Shown: in pieces, positions 33,490-42,759 of the stretch
How the letters are laid out: every line of letters starts with the position of its first letter
Numbering within the stretch: the stretch's first letter is position 1
DNA from: a virus
Taxonomy: Duplodnaviria; Caudoviricetes
Virus record (IMG/VR): IMGVR_UViG_3300027711_000004
Span: 1-43,011 of that record
Reading direction: 5' to 3' (one strand)
Length of the DNA: 43,011 nucleotides
Position numbers and translations under genes: made by a program
Notes under the pieces: generated by a model
What the model was told of the DNA's origin: nothing
The model's database searches: none
The model's input: only the letters and a program-made list of their open reading frames with translations

Positions 33490-36175
33490 GGTCTATGAAA
33501 GCATCATGCCCGGTGATCCTGTCGAGGTCTACAATGACCACGGAATGACGGTTGAGGCGTGGGTCAAGAGTAAGACAGACAACTATCAGCGTGGCTCTGT
33601 GCAACCACTAAGCTGCATGATTAACGGCGCTATCGTCAAGCCGGAAGGCTGGTGCGATGCGCTCATTGGTGATCGGGACGTGGTAGAGTTTCGGCCTGTG
33701 CCATTTGGTGATGTGAAGAACGCTCTCGGCTTTGTTTTTCCATTCTGGGGCGTCTCAGCATGGGCAGGCAATGCAGCTATCGACTACATCATGCCCGACA
33801 TTCCCAGCATGTCAGATAGCATGGGGCAGCAGGGCGGCAAAATCACCCCTGCCGACGCTCGCGCCAACGTCGCCCGCTTAGGTCAAGGCATCCCAGAACT
33901 GTTTGGGCGGTATATCCGATATCCAGATTACGTCAACAAGCCACGACGTTACTACAAAGACGCACGGACGCAGTGCATTGATTTAATGTTGTGCATTACG
34001 TCTGGCGAGTGCTTAGTGGAGCCGGCTCTGGTTAAGCTTGGTGATACTCCATTCAGCCAGCTGTCCACCACCATCAACTATGAGATATTTCCACCGGGTG
34101 CATCCGTATCCGGCTGGCAGAACCACGAAAACTGGTACTCTAGCAGTGAGGTTGGCGGCACTTCAAACTCAGCTGGTATCCGTCTCTATCGAGGCCAGCA
34201 CCTATCCTCTGGTCTTAGCAATGTCCAACTAATGTACTTCGGAACCTTAATATCAACTACCAGTGCGTCTGTGTATTTACCCGGCGACTGGGAAATTGGT
34301 GATTTTATCGGTATCTCAGAGCGTCAGTCAGTCACAGTATCAGTAGATTCAAACGATGTGGTGACGTTAACCGGTGATTGGGGTGATGCTGGCGTTGGTG
34401 ATCAGATCAGGCTTCGCTCAACGGCGCTTGCTGCGGCCAACGGCGTTTTCGTTATCGACAGTAAGGCAGGCAATGACATTACTTTACTGTCTGGTGGCTC
34501 GCCAGTGATCGGCTGGACGCAGGGTAGTTATCTGATGTTCACCCGCCGTGAAGATGAAGAATACCGAATCGACAACATCGCTTTCGATACCAACAACCCC
34601 GAACTGGTAAAAGGTTTAAGACTGTCGCGCTACCTGAACGGCGCAGAGGACACCTCATGGGACGGTTTTTCTGGCATCGTACCTTACACCGGTTACGCTG
34701 ACGTGCTACTTGCAGAGCGGTCAGAGTCGGAAGGCTGGGCTGGGCCTTTTGTCGCCACACCTAACGGCGAAACAACGAACACCATCGAAGTTGACTTCTT
34801 TTTGCCGCAAGGTCAGGGCAAGATCGACGAGGACGTCGTGACCAGTTTTGACACAAAACGGCAAGTTGAAGTTCAGTGGCGTGAGGTTGGCACAACCAAC
34901 TGGAACAGCCGAACTTACACCATCGACAACGCCACCCGCGACCAGCTTGGCTTCACCTACCGACTAAACCTCGGCAGCGCCATCCGGCCAGAGGTGCGGG
35001 TGCGCCGCGTCCAAGCTGAAAGCAACGAGATTGCCGACCTTGACCGCATCGAGTGGTTAGGTCTAAAGGCCAGACTGCCCACGGTCACCAGTTATGCAGG
35101 AGTGACCACCATGGCCGTGACGCTGGAAGGTACTGACCAGATAGGCAGCCAGTCGAACAATCAAATAAACCTAGTGGCCACACGCCGCTTGCCACCGGTT
35201 GCCGGAGGTGCAGAAGCACCCACCCGCTCCATTGCAGCAGCCACGGCTTACGTTGCGCGTTCTTTAGGTTACGGTGATGAACAAATAAACATCAGCGAGC
35301 TTGAGCGGCTAGATAGCATCTGGCAGGCACGTGGTGACACTTTTGATTTTGTCATTAGCGACGGCACCGCTCTGGACGCTATGAAAATGATGCTCCGTGC
35401 TGGCTTTGCAGACGTCACATTGGATAACGGCGTTATCACGCCAGTGCGCGACGAACCCAGAACGCAATTAGAAGACGGCTACAGCCCTGAGAACATGACC
35501 GCACCGCTACGCCGGCAGTTTACCGGAAGGCAGCCAGACGAGGCAGACGGCGTTGAAGTGGAGTACACCAACGCGGACACGTGGACGAAAGAAACAGTCT
35601 TGTGCCTGCTGCCCGGTGATCAGCAAGTGAAGTTGGACAAGATCAGCCTTGACGGCGTGACAGACCGCACCCGCGCATGGCGTATCGGGATGCGTAGGCG
35701 TAGAGCGCAGCGTTACCGCCGCTGGACGTATACCTTCAATACCGAGCTTGACGCGCTAAACTCGGCTTACCTGTCTTACGTGCCTTTGCTAGATGACATA
35801 CCCGGTTACGGCAAAGTAGCTATACTGACCAGCATCAGCGCAGATAGAATAACTGTATCGGAGCCGCTTGAATGGGAGGCTGGAAAGAACCATGTTGTCG
35901 CCTATCGCGACGAGAACGGCGATACTGTAGGACCATTCCCGGCGACTCAGGGGAATGACGATTACACGGTTATGGTCAGCATCCCACAACCATGGCCGGT
36001 AGTGATGCCAAGCGACCGAGAGCAGACCCATTTATACTTCGGCACAACCGACCGCTGGAGCTTCCCTGCTCTGATCACTGAGATTACTCCGAGTGGTCCT
36101 TTGCAAGTTGGCGTGACCGCGACAAACTATGATGAAAGAGTTTATAATGACGATAACAATTCGCCACAGGATTAA
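33479..36175 (+). CDS. Tail tip / central host-specificity protein
   Basis: ~900 aa; N.ARLGQ.IPELFG...YPDY, DGVEVEY, TNYDERVY motifs. Confidence 0.85.
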   Translation: MTIKVYESIMPGDPVEVYNDHGMTVEAWVKSKTDNYQRGSVQPLSCMINGAIVKPEGWCDALIGDRDVVEFRPVPFGDVKNALGFVFPFWGVSAWAGNAAIDYIMPDIPSMSDSMGQQGGKITPADARANVARLGQGIPELFGRYIRYPDYVNKPRRYYKDARTQCIDLMLCITSGECLVEPALVKLGDTPFSQLSTTINYEIFPPGASVSGWQNHENWYSSSEVGGTSNSAGIRLYRGQHLSSGLSNVQLMYFGTLISTTSASVYLPGDWEIGDFIGISERQSVTVSVDSNDVVTLTGDWGDAGVGDQIRLRSTALAAANGVFVIDSKAGNDITLLSGGSPVIGWTQGSYLMFTRREDEEYRIDNIAFDTNNPELVKGLRLSRYLNGAEDTSWDGFSGIVPYTGYADVLLAERSESEGWAGPFVATPNGETTNTIEVDFFLPQGQGKIDEDVVTSFDTKRQVEVQWREVGTTNWNSRTYTIDNATRDQLGFTYRLNLGSAIRPEVRVRRVQAESNEIADLDRIEWLGLKARLPTVTSYAGVTTMAVTLEGTDQIGSQSNNQINLVATRRLPPVAGGAEAPTRSIAAATAYVARSLGYGDEQINISELERLDSIWQARGDTFDFVISDGTALDAMKMMLRAGFADVTLDNGVITPVRDEPRTQLEDGYSPENMTAPLRRQFTGRQPDEADGVEVEYTNADTWTKETVLCLLPGDQQVKLDKISLDGVTDRTRAWRIGMRRRRAQRYRRWTYTFNTELDALNSAYLSYVPLLDDIPGYGKVAILTSISADRITVSEPLEWEAGKNHVVAYRDENGDTVGPFPATQGNDDYTVMVSIPQPWPVVMPSDREQTHLYFGTTDRWSFPALITEITPSGPLQVGVTATNYDERVYNDDNNSPQD

Positions 36176-36180
36176 ATGAT

Positions 36181-38670
36181 ATGACTACCTACAATACTGG
36201 AAACCCTTTGGGCAGCTCAGACCCGCGTGACCTTTATGACAACGCTGAGAACCTTGATGAGGCGGTTAACAACACAGAGTCGGACTCTTGGCGCGATAGG
36301 ATGGGTAGAACTAGACTAACGTGGGAAGCTATTGCGAAGGCGGGAACCGGAGACACAGGGGTCGCCATTGACGCGGCCAACCGTGCAGTAGGGGCTGCGG
36401 GACAGGCTGAAAACGAAGCTGATCGGGCGACCGGGGCTGCTAATCGCGCGGAGAACGCCGAGGCCGTTGTTGATGCTGCAAACATCGAGGCGGCAGTAAT
36501 CCGTGCTGAGACCGCTGCTGATTCGATAAAACCATACGTTGACAACGCACTGTCCGATTTAAGCACAGCAGCAAACAAGTTCTACCCAACACTAGCGGAA
36601 GCGAATGCTGATGTTTCCAACATAACAGTTAATCAGCCAGTCCATGTTGGTGAGGCTGTAAATGGGGGGCTATGGTACAAAGCAACATCTGGGGCTTCAA
36701 CTCTAACCAAGAGTGCTTATGATCCGCTGGCCGCAGCAGAGGCTTATACGGACGACTATGTGTCAAGAACAGGACTCGCAAAAATTGCAGCTCATCTTAA
36801 AACAAATATCAACTATGACACTGCAACTAGAACTTTGACATTCAGCGGTGGTGTGCATATCACAACAGGCACAAGTCGTGTGCAACTTACAACACCTCAA
36901 AGCATTGTATTAGATCGAAATCAAATGTACCGACTTGAGTATAATGTGAGTACAGGTTTAATTGGGGCGCAAGCGTACACTCAGAGTTATTTCGAAGGTT
37001 ATATTCCTTTTGCTCTTGTACGTTCCTATCCTGATAAGATTGAAACTACCGATTTTCAGTATGTAATCAACGGTGTGGCTTTTGATGCCGTAGAGGAGGC
37101 AACTGGAATATCAGCGATTGATGCTACAAGCAAAGTTAAAGTCTTGGAAGACTCTTTGTTCGGTGAAAATAAAAATTCGAACTTGTATGATGATAATGCA
37201 GAAAAACAAACTGGGTTTTATGTAGGAGCGACAGGTGAATTAGTTGAGAGTCCGACACACTACGTTACAGGCTTTATACCCGTTGACCCTAATACTGCAT
37301 ACACCGTGTCGCAGATTGAAAGTCAATACAACTATATTGTTGGTGTGGCTTTTTATGATGCTGATAAGCAGTTTGTTAGCAGGTTTAACACGACATCAGT
37401 CCTTAGAAGCACTGGATATCAGGGACTTACTACGCCAAAAGGTACGTACTACGTCAAGCTGACCTGTCAGAACGGTATAGACTCCATCGCTAAACGTATG
37501 TTCTACAAAGGTAGTGAGCAGATACCTTATGAGTCTTTTAAGCCTAAAAAGATTAAGTGGGCGGCATTACCTGATTTTAGTGATTCAAGCGCGACAAGAC
37601 GAGGTGATTACTTGACATTTACGGGTGACAGACACCCTGCGATTATGCTCGACTTTCCTGATAGCTACTCAAAAGACGACGATCGTAATATAGCAGTAGG
37701 TACTGCTGGGCAAGTTGTTTACGCAGACATGGTTACATGGTGGCAGGATCTTGTTGATGAGTTTCCTGATTACATAACCAAAAAAACCATAGGTACAGAT
37801 TCCTCCGGTCAATATGACGTGCATAGCTATACTTTTATGCCTGATGGAATGGTTGAAGTAGATGTGAACCCGCATAGCAACATAGCTAGACCAAGAGTAT
37901 TGATGCTTGTTCAGCATATTGAGCAGATGAACCAAGTTTATCCATTACTCGCCATGCGTGAATTGTGTAGGAACTGGGAGATCAGTCCAGCTCTAACAGC
38001 CCTACGCCATGAGGTTGAGTTTGTGGTTATCCCTTACGCCCACCCTTGGGGTTTTGAGTATCAAAATGTGACAGGTGGCTCGTACCGTATGACATCAGAA
38101 GGGCTTAACACCAATGGCGACTGGCCTTACAAGTGGAATCATGTCGATAATCCTAATAACGGCACTACACCATTCGCAACCCAAGAGGCTAGAAATGTTA
38201 AGGCGGTTATGGAGGAGTTTAAGCCTCATGTATTCTTTGATTTACATTCAGCTTTTGCCACACAAGGCGAGAGAACGGGCACTTGGATTGATGCTGAACT
38301 AAATGGTAAGTATGTTAATAGTGTACGCTCAGCCACAACATCATTCTACCCAATGTTCAAGGAGAAGTTCCCGTATATCGACACAATGGATAAGCACTTG
38401 CGTGTAACGTATAGCAATAATAACAGACAAGCACCCGGCTATGGTTATGCTATGGGTTGCGTGGGAGGCCTTATCGAGTTTATGAAGAACTACAATTACA
38501 GACCTGCTGCTGATGGTTTGTATAATGACGGTTTAATTTTTTCTAGTAGCATGCTTCTCAATATTATTGTTAACTGCATTGCTGAGTACAGGGATTACGG
38601 CTTCCCCAATCCATATCCGCTTTACATTGGTGAGGGCGTTTATGATCCAGAAAATGGTATAGGAATTTAA
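36181..38670 (+). CDS. Tail spike/fibre with C-terminal M14 zinc-carboxypeptidase-like domain
   Basis: N-terminal anchor YNTGNPLGSSDPRDLYDNAENLD; C-term IGTDSSG..PRVLM..QHIEQ..FVVIP..HPWG..R....N..W..GTTPF...EA....FFDLHS. Confidence 0.78.
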   Translation: MTTYNTGNPLGSSDPRDLYDNAENLDEAVNNTESDSWRDRMGRTRLTWEAIAKAGTGDTGVAIDAANRAVGAAGQAENEADRATGAANRAENAEAVVDAANIEAAVIRAETAADSIKPYVDNALSDLSTAANKFYPTLAEANADVSNITVNQPVHVGEAVNGGLWYKATSGASTLTKSAYDPLAAAEAYTDDYVSRTGLAKIAAHLKTNINYDTATRTLTFSGGVHITTGTSRVQLTTPQSIVLDRNQMYRLEYNVSTGLIGAQAYTQSYFEGYIPFALVRSYPDKIETTDFQYVINGVAFDAVEEATGISAIDATSKVKVLEDSLFGENKNSNLYDDNAEKQTGFYVGATGELVESPTHYVTGFIPVDPNTAYTVSQIESQYNYIVGVAFYDADKQFVSRFNTTSVLRSTGYQGLTTPKGTYYVKLTCQNGIDSIAKRMFYKGSEQIPYESFKPKKIKWAALPDFSDSSATRRGDYLTFTGDRHPAIMLDFPDSYSKDDDRNIAVGTAGQVVYADMVTWWQDLVDEFPDYITKKTIGTDSSGQYDVHSYTFMPDGMVEVDVNPHSNIARPRVLMLVQHIEQMNQVYPLLAMRELCRNWEISPALTALRHEVEFVVIPYAHPWGFEYQNVTGGSYRMTSEGLNTNGDWPYKWNHVDNPNNGTTPFATQEARNVKAVMEEFKPHVFFDLHSAFATQGERTGTWIDAELNGKYVNSVRSATTSFYPMFKEKFPYIDTMDKHLRVTYSNNNRQAPGYGYAMGCVGGLIEFMKNYNYRPAADGLYNDGLIFSSSMLLNIIVNCIAEYRDYGFPNPYPLYIGEGVYDPENGIGI

Positions 38671-38683
38671 TGTGCCGATCTTA

Positions 38684-38710
38684 AAGCCTCTCTAACCAGA
38701 GGCTTCATTT
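38684..38710 (+). terminator. Putative terminator after tail spike
   Basis: aagcctct-ctaacc-agaggctt followed by cattt. Confidence 0.55.
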
Positions 38711-38776
38711 AGTCTGGTGATATACCCCCGAATAATTGTATGAAATTAAAGTTGAGCATGAGGAGGGTGATGAGTT

Positions 38777-39199
38777 ATGAAGCAATCACGCGGAATCAGG
38801 AATAACAACCCTGGCAATATCGACTACAATAAAAATAACCAATGGCAGGGCCAGATTGGTATTGAAGAGGGTGTACTAAGGCCTCGCTTTGCAAAGTTCG
38901 ACACGCCTGAAAACGGCATTCGAGCGCTTGCCAAGCTGCTGCTGAATTACCAGCGGCTGCACAAGCTAAACACGGTGCGCGAGATTATTAACCGCTGGGC
39001 ACCGCCAGTTGAGAACGTCACAAGTGCGTATGTTGCGGCTTGCGCACGGGCGCTTGGTGTCGATCAAAACGAGGTCATTGATTTAACAGACAGGCGATTG
39101 ATCAAGCTGCTAACAGTGGCAATTATCAAGCATGAGAACGGGTCGCAACCTTACTCCGATTGTGTGATTGATGAAGGAATCAGTGAGGCGTTTAAATGA
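38777..39199 (+). CDS. Putative endolysin (RNNNPGNI lysozyme-like family)
   Basis: RGIRNNNPGNI, F..PE.GIRA, II.RWAP..EN, AII.HENG; first gene of the spanin/holin cluster. Confidence 0.7.
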   Translation: MKQSRGIRNNNPGNIDYNKNNQWQGQIGIEEGVLRPRFAKFDTPENGIRALAKLLLNYQRLHKLNTVREIINRWAPPVENVTSAYVAACARALGVDQNEVIDLTDRRLIKLLTVAIIKHENGSQPYSDCVIDEGISEAFK

Positions 39200-39642
39200 A
39201 AGCTATCATAATCACTGGCTTACTATGTGCTGTCACAGGTTTTGCAATAGGCTGGAATAAAGCCAGCGAACTCTACGAATCCAAGGCACAAAAAGAGCAA
39301 GCTGCATACTCTAAAGCATTGACAGAGGTCAATAAGCGTGCAGACAATTACAAATCAATCAGTGAGCAATACTATGCAGATTATCAAGACGCTATCAATC
39401 GTGAGCCTACTATTGTGCGTGAGCGGGTGCTGGTACGCGCCCATTGTGAAGCCAATGCCGCAGCCGATAGCGGTCGAGAGTTGGGAAATGGAGCAGCAGC
39501 AGGACGAGCCGAATTACACCCAGAAGTTGTTGCAAGCGCTACAGCAGTGACTGACCAAGCCGAAAGAGACGTGCTATCATGCAGAGCAGCGCTGCATAGC
39601 TTGCAGAGTAAAATAATTAAACACAATGAACTGCAACGGTAA
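39196..39642 (+). CDS. Rz-like inner-membrane spanin
   Basis: N-terminal TM, coiled coil, V.A.C and C-terminal C..AL..LQ. Confidence 0.75.
   Translation: MKAIIITGLLCAVTGFAIGWNKASELYESKAQKEQAAYSKALTEVNKRADNYKSISEQYYADYQDAINREPTIVRERVLVRAHCEANAAADSGRELGNGAAAGRAELHPEVVASATAVTDQAERDVLSCRAALHSLQSKIIKHNELQR
39374..39550 (+). CDS. Rz1-like outer-membrane spanin lipoprotein embedded in Rz
   Basis: MQIIKTLSIVSLLLCVSG-C lipobox, Pro-rich linker, wholly inside Rz in another frame. Confidence 0.75.
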   Translation: MQIIKTLSIVSLLLCVSGCWYAPIVKPMPQPIAVESWEMEQQQDEPNYTQKLLQALQQ

Positions 39643-39675
39643 GGTGCGGTCGAAACTGTAAGTAAGGAACACGCA

Positions 39676-40119
39676 GTGGCGGACGAAACTATGGATTTAC
39701 TGATCTGGTTGGGCAATGGGTTACTTGGGCTTGGCGCATGGGCGTTGATGTACACAGGCTTGCCAGCTGAGCCAGCCGCCATTCTAGCAGTGCTTATGTG
39801 CATTGATTTTGTTGCTGGGGTTAGTAGAGCCAGAACGCTAGGCGAAGCAGTGACCAGCCACAGGATGAAGATCGGAGCTATTTCCAAGTGTGGCGTATTG
39901 ACCGTTCCACTTGTAATGGCATTGACCGCTAAAGGGCTAGGCGCTGATTTTACATGGTTAGTTCAATGGACAGTATCAGTCTTTATACTATCAGAGTCAT
40001 ACTCAATCATAGCCAACATTCATGCAGCACGAACTGGCGTCATACTGCCCGAATTCGACGCAGTGAGCGCAGTGCTTAAAAAAGTTAGGTCATTGATTGA
40101 TATGATTGATAAGCGATAA
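39676..40119 (+). CDS. Holin
   Basis: Several TM segments; IDF..GV.RA..G..VTS..M..G..K, SE.YSI..NI pattern. Confidence 0.75.
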   Translation: MADETMDLLIWLGNGLLGLGAWALMYTGLPAEPAAILAVLMCIDFVAGVSRARTLGEAVTSHRMKIGAISKCGVLTVPLVMALTAKGLGADFTWLVQWTVSVFILSESYSIIANIHAARTGVILPEFDAVSAVLKKVRSLIDMIDKR

Positions 40120-40170
40120 AGCCAGCGGTAAGGCTGGCGTGTTTTGGTAGAAAATGTCTCGCAAAAAGGG

Positions 40171-40260
40171 TATTGACAGCAGCCATGGGGTATGGTATAA
40201 TAAAGATGTTGGGGGGTCAAGCGATCCAACATCAACCAATAGAGAGAAGAGAGAACCAAA
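40171..40260 (+). promoter_or_regulatory. Promoter-stem-loop-RBS cassette, copy 6
   Basis: TTGACA 40173-40178, 17 bp, TATAAT 40196-40201; GATGTTGG..CCAACATC hairpin. Confidence 0.92.
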
Positions 40261-40731
40261 ATGAATCAAGTAATAGTAGCAGTAGAAGAAAAGTACAATG
40301 ATAACAATGGTGCATACCAGATAGCCTACTTGTGGGATGGTGAGCGCGTCGAGCAGGCTGGTGGTATGTATGACCCAGCCATATATTGCGTCAATGCGAC
40401 ACCTGAGCAGATCAAAGCAGCATCGGAATGGGCAAAAGCTGATGCAGAAGCGAATCCGACAAAAAATTGGAACAAATACTACTACGGCGGTCTCGGTGCT
40501 AACACTTTTGTTGGCTGTGTCGTAACTTTAAAGCGCAGCCGCAAGGCACCTAATGGTACTCCACTGAAGGTGATTAACTTCTTAGAAGCTGCCTATTACA
40601 CCCACTTTAATAAACACCTTGCTGAGCGTGTTGAAGTAACAGACGGGTACAATAGCTGGGTAGTGTCATCTGGCTGCATTGATAAGGTTATCAAGGGTGT
40701 GGTTAAATATCCATCATGGGTTAACCTTTAA
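40261..40731 (+). CDS. Hypothetical protein
   Basis: 156-aa ORF after cassette 6. Confidence 0.8.
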   Translation: MNQVIVAVEEKYNDNNGAYQIAYLWDGERVEQAGGMYDPAIYCVNATPEQIKAASEWAKADAEANPTKNWNKYYYGGLGANTFVGCVVTLKRSRKAPNGTPLKVINFLEAAYYTHFNKHLAERVEVTDGYNSWVVSSGCIDKVIKGVVKYPSWVNL

Positions 40732-40759
40732 TCAGTAAACAACAAGACGGAGAAGCATC

Positions 40760-41029
40760 ATGAACCACGAAAAGATGGAAGCAATAAAACAACTGATTCT
40801 AGCAGCGATAGTTATAACGATTATCGCTGGTCTACTTCACTACTTGAACAAACCTGAGCGAGTTCGGCTAGCGAAGGTTCAATCGGGAGAACTTGTGTTG
40901 GAGTGCAACATGAGAAAAACAGGGTTAACGGTAATTGACCCTGAAAAAGTCACAGGCCACAGTGATGGGACGTGGTGGTTTACAAACGGAGTTTCGAGCC
41001 GTTGCACAACTAAGGGAGCAACAAGATGA
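40760..41029 (+). CDS. Hypothetical membrane-anchored protein
   Basis: N-terminal hydrophobic helix; ggag RBS. Confidence 0.7.
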   Translation: MNHEKMEAIKQLILAAIVITIIAGLLHYLNKPERVRLAKVQSGELVLECNMRKTGLTVIDPEKVTGHSDGTWWFTNGVSSRCTTKGATR

Positions 41030-41247
41030 GAAAGGCACAAAGTTCTTTGAGCATATTTGTTCACAATCCTGAAAATGCAGAGGCCAACATTTTTGATATA
41101 GATGGTAATTTTTACGGTTGTGCAGAGTTGAGTTGTGAAATATTCAGCGGATTAAAAATAATCTTTACCGATCCTAGTCTTGCTGAAGATTTAGGAACAG
41201 CACTTCTAGAAATGGCGCACGAATTAAAGGAAAAACAGGGTAAATAA
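41026..41247 (+). CDS. Hypothetical protein
   Basis: ATGA overlap, ggag RBS. Confidence 0.65.
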   Translation: MRKAQSSLSIFVHNPENAEANIFDIDGNFYGCAELSCEIFSGLKIIFTDPSLAEDLGTALLEMAHELKEKQGK

Positions 41248-41248
41248 A

Positions 41249-41371
41249 ATGGTACAAGTAACTAATCGAGGCCGTATGTGGTGGTTATTAAAGAACGATA
41301 AAGTCGTTGGTTTTGCGTCAACTTACAGATACGCGCTAATCAGAGCCAAGGAGTTAGAGCAGTTATGCTAA
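41249..41371 (+). CDS. Hypothetical small protein (40 aa)
   Basis: Translated by hand: MVQVTNRGRMWWLLKNDKVVGF...; fills the gap. Confidence 0.45.
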   Translation: MVQVTNRGRMWWLLKNDKVVGFASTYRYALIRAKELEQLC

Positions 41372-41658
41372 GTAAGATACACGGTCTGTTGGTAGAGCAG
41401 CCAATGACACTAGAGAACATTATGGCGGCTGCAGGAGTAAGCGACATAGTAGCGCTAACAATGGTCATAGAAATGTCTGAAAGGGGAATTATTGAGCATA
41501 AAGGCCAAGGTAGATGGGGAGTTGTCACAAATAGTGAGCGAGGCTTAAAAAGCTTGCTTGCTTTTGTACAAGATGATGCCTTGGCTGCTACCTATCAGAG
41601 CCTTGGGCAGTATCGAAGCGAAATCATAAAAATGATCGCTAGTATTTTGGAGGATTGA
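41365..41658 (+). CDS. Hypothetical protein, possible winged-helix
   Basis: PMTLENI...GVS......M.ERG.IE...G.W pattern. Confidence 0.6.
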   Translation: MLSKIHGLLVEQPMTLENIMAAAGVSDIVALTMVIEMSERGIIEHKGQGRWGVVTNSERGLKSLLAFVQDDALAATYQSLGQYRSEIIKMIASILED

Positions 41659-41661
41659 ACA

Positions 41662-41868
41662 GTGGCAGATATCATAGATATAGCTAATGACTATGCGGAA
41701 CGCCATATAGAATATAGCTTGGCGAAACACGCAGCACGAACTAAAGATGAAAACAGTGCGTTTTATTGTGTTGAGTGCAACGACGCTATTCCACATAGAC
41801 GACGCGCAGCAATTCTGGGTGTTAAAACCTGCGTTGATTGTCAGGCAAAAATAGAGAGGGGTTTGTAA
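41662..41868 (+). CDS. TraR/DksA C4-type zinc finger protein
   Basis: N-terminal DxxDxA (DIIDIA); CVEC..IP..RR...G.KTCVDCQ. Confidence 0.88.
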   Translation: MADIIDIANDYAERHIEYSLAKHAARTKDENSAFYCVECNDAIPHRRRAAILGVKTCVDCQAKIERGL

Positions 41869-42107
41869 TGATGAAATTAACAGAAAAGCAAATTAGTTTT
41901 TTAAATGACTTTGAGTATTTATATGGCTTGGATCTATCAACCTTGGTAGTTCCAGAGCGCTCAAACAGAAAAGCAATTACAGTAATGATACCGAGACTGT
42001 CTGAGAATGACGTTAAGGCGCTAGAACGTTTTTGTGGTTCTAGAAAACTAAGAGTAGAGCCTAATGGCTATAAAGCATTGGCTATTTTTGTAGGGGATTC
42101 AGTATGA
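41868..42107 (+). CDS. Hypothetical protein
   Basis: TAATG overlap with the TraR-like gene. Confidence 0.65.
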   Translation: MMKLTEKQISFLNDFEYLYGLDLSTLVVPERSNRKAITVMIPRLSENDVKALERFCGSRKLRVEPNGYKALAIFVGDSV

Positions 42108-42409
42108 GCTGTTATAACACGATTGCTGCTGAAAAATGGGCGGCAGAACAAGACGACTTAGAAGCAATGCAAGAGCGCAGAACAGAGCGCCTGCACGACA
42201 TGATCGAGGACAAAGACAAAACGGTCTTAGAGTTCCTATCCGACTATTTTGTCGATGCTATCAGTGACGATAACGCAGAGGAGAAACACGAAGCGTTGGA
42301 ACGTATTTTCATAAGAGCGTACCTGTCCGATCCTTTGGACAACGACTGTCAGACAATCCTAAGCATTGAAAAATTAGATGACCTAATGGGAGATGAGTTA
42401 GATGATTAG
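42104..42409 (+). CDS. Hypothetical acidic protein
   Basis: 101 aa, very Asp/Glu-rich; ATGA overlap. Confidence 0.7.
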   Translation: MSCYNTIAAEKWAAEQDDLEAMQERRTERLHDMIEDKDKTVLEFLSDYFVDAISDDNAEEKHEALERIFIRAYLSDPLDNDCQTILSIEKLDDLMGDELDD

Positions 42410-42641
42410 AATCATAGAGCTATTGAATGAACATCGAGATAAGGTGAACCACTTTGTAGTTGGTCAAGCCGTAGCATTACTGGGTTTGTATTTCTGGTGG
42501 TGGCTTAGCATCGTAGCGGTTGTCTTAGTCGCTGTTGGCAAAGAGGTATGGGATAGCAAAGGGAATGGTACTGTTGAAGTTTTAGACGCTTTAGCAACCA
42601 TTGCAGGGGGTGTGCTAATAGTGGGGTTGTATCTACTATGA
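42402..42641 (+). CDS. Small membrane protein
   Basis: DK..HF..G, KE.WD....GT.E..D..AT..GG with hydrophobic helices. Confidence 0.7.
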   Translation: MIRIIELLNEHRDKVNHFVVGQAVALLGLYFWWWLSIVAVVLVAVGKEVWDSKGNGTVEVLDALATIAGGVLIVGLYLL

Positions 42642-42759
42642 CACCAAAGATCTGCCCGCCTGGTGACCTATCCTGGGCCTGAGAGGTATCTCCCTTGAAC
42701 GGAAGCACTGGACTCGGCACACGTATAGCCACCCAACTCATCTGTGTCAGAGAGGTGTG

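Noticed and set aside
3654-40260. Cassettes as integron attC sites or CRISPR repeats
   Set aside because: No integrase is present, the intervening DNA is whole genes, and the repeat is explained by promoter, hairpin and RBS.
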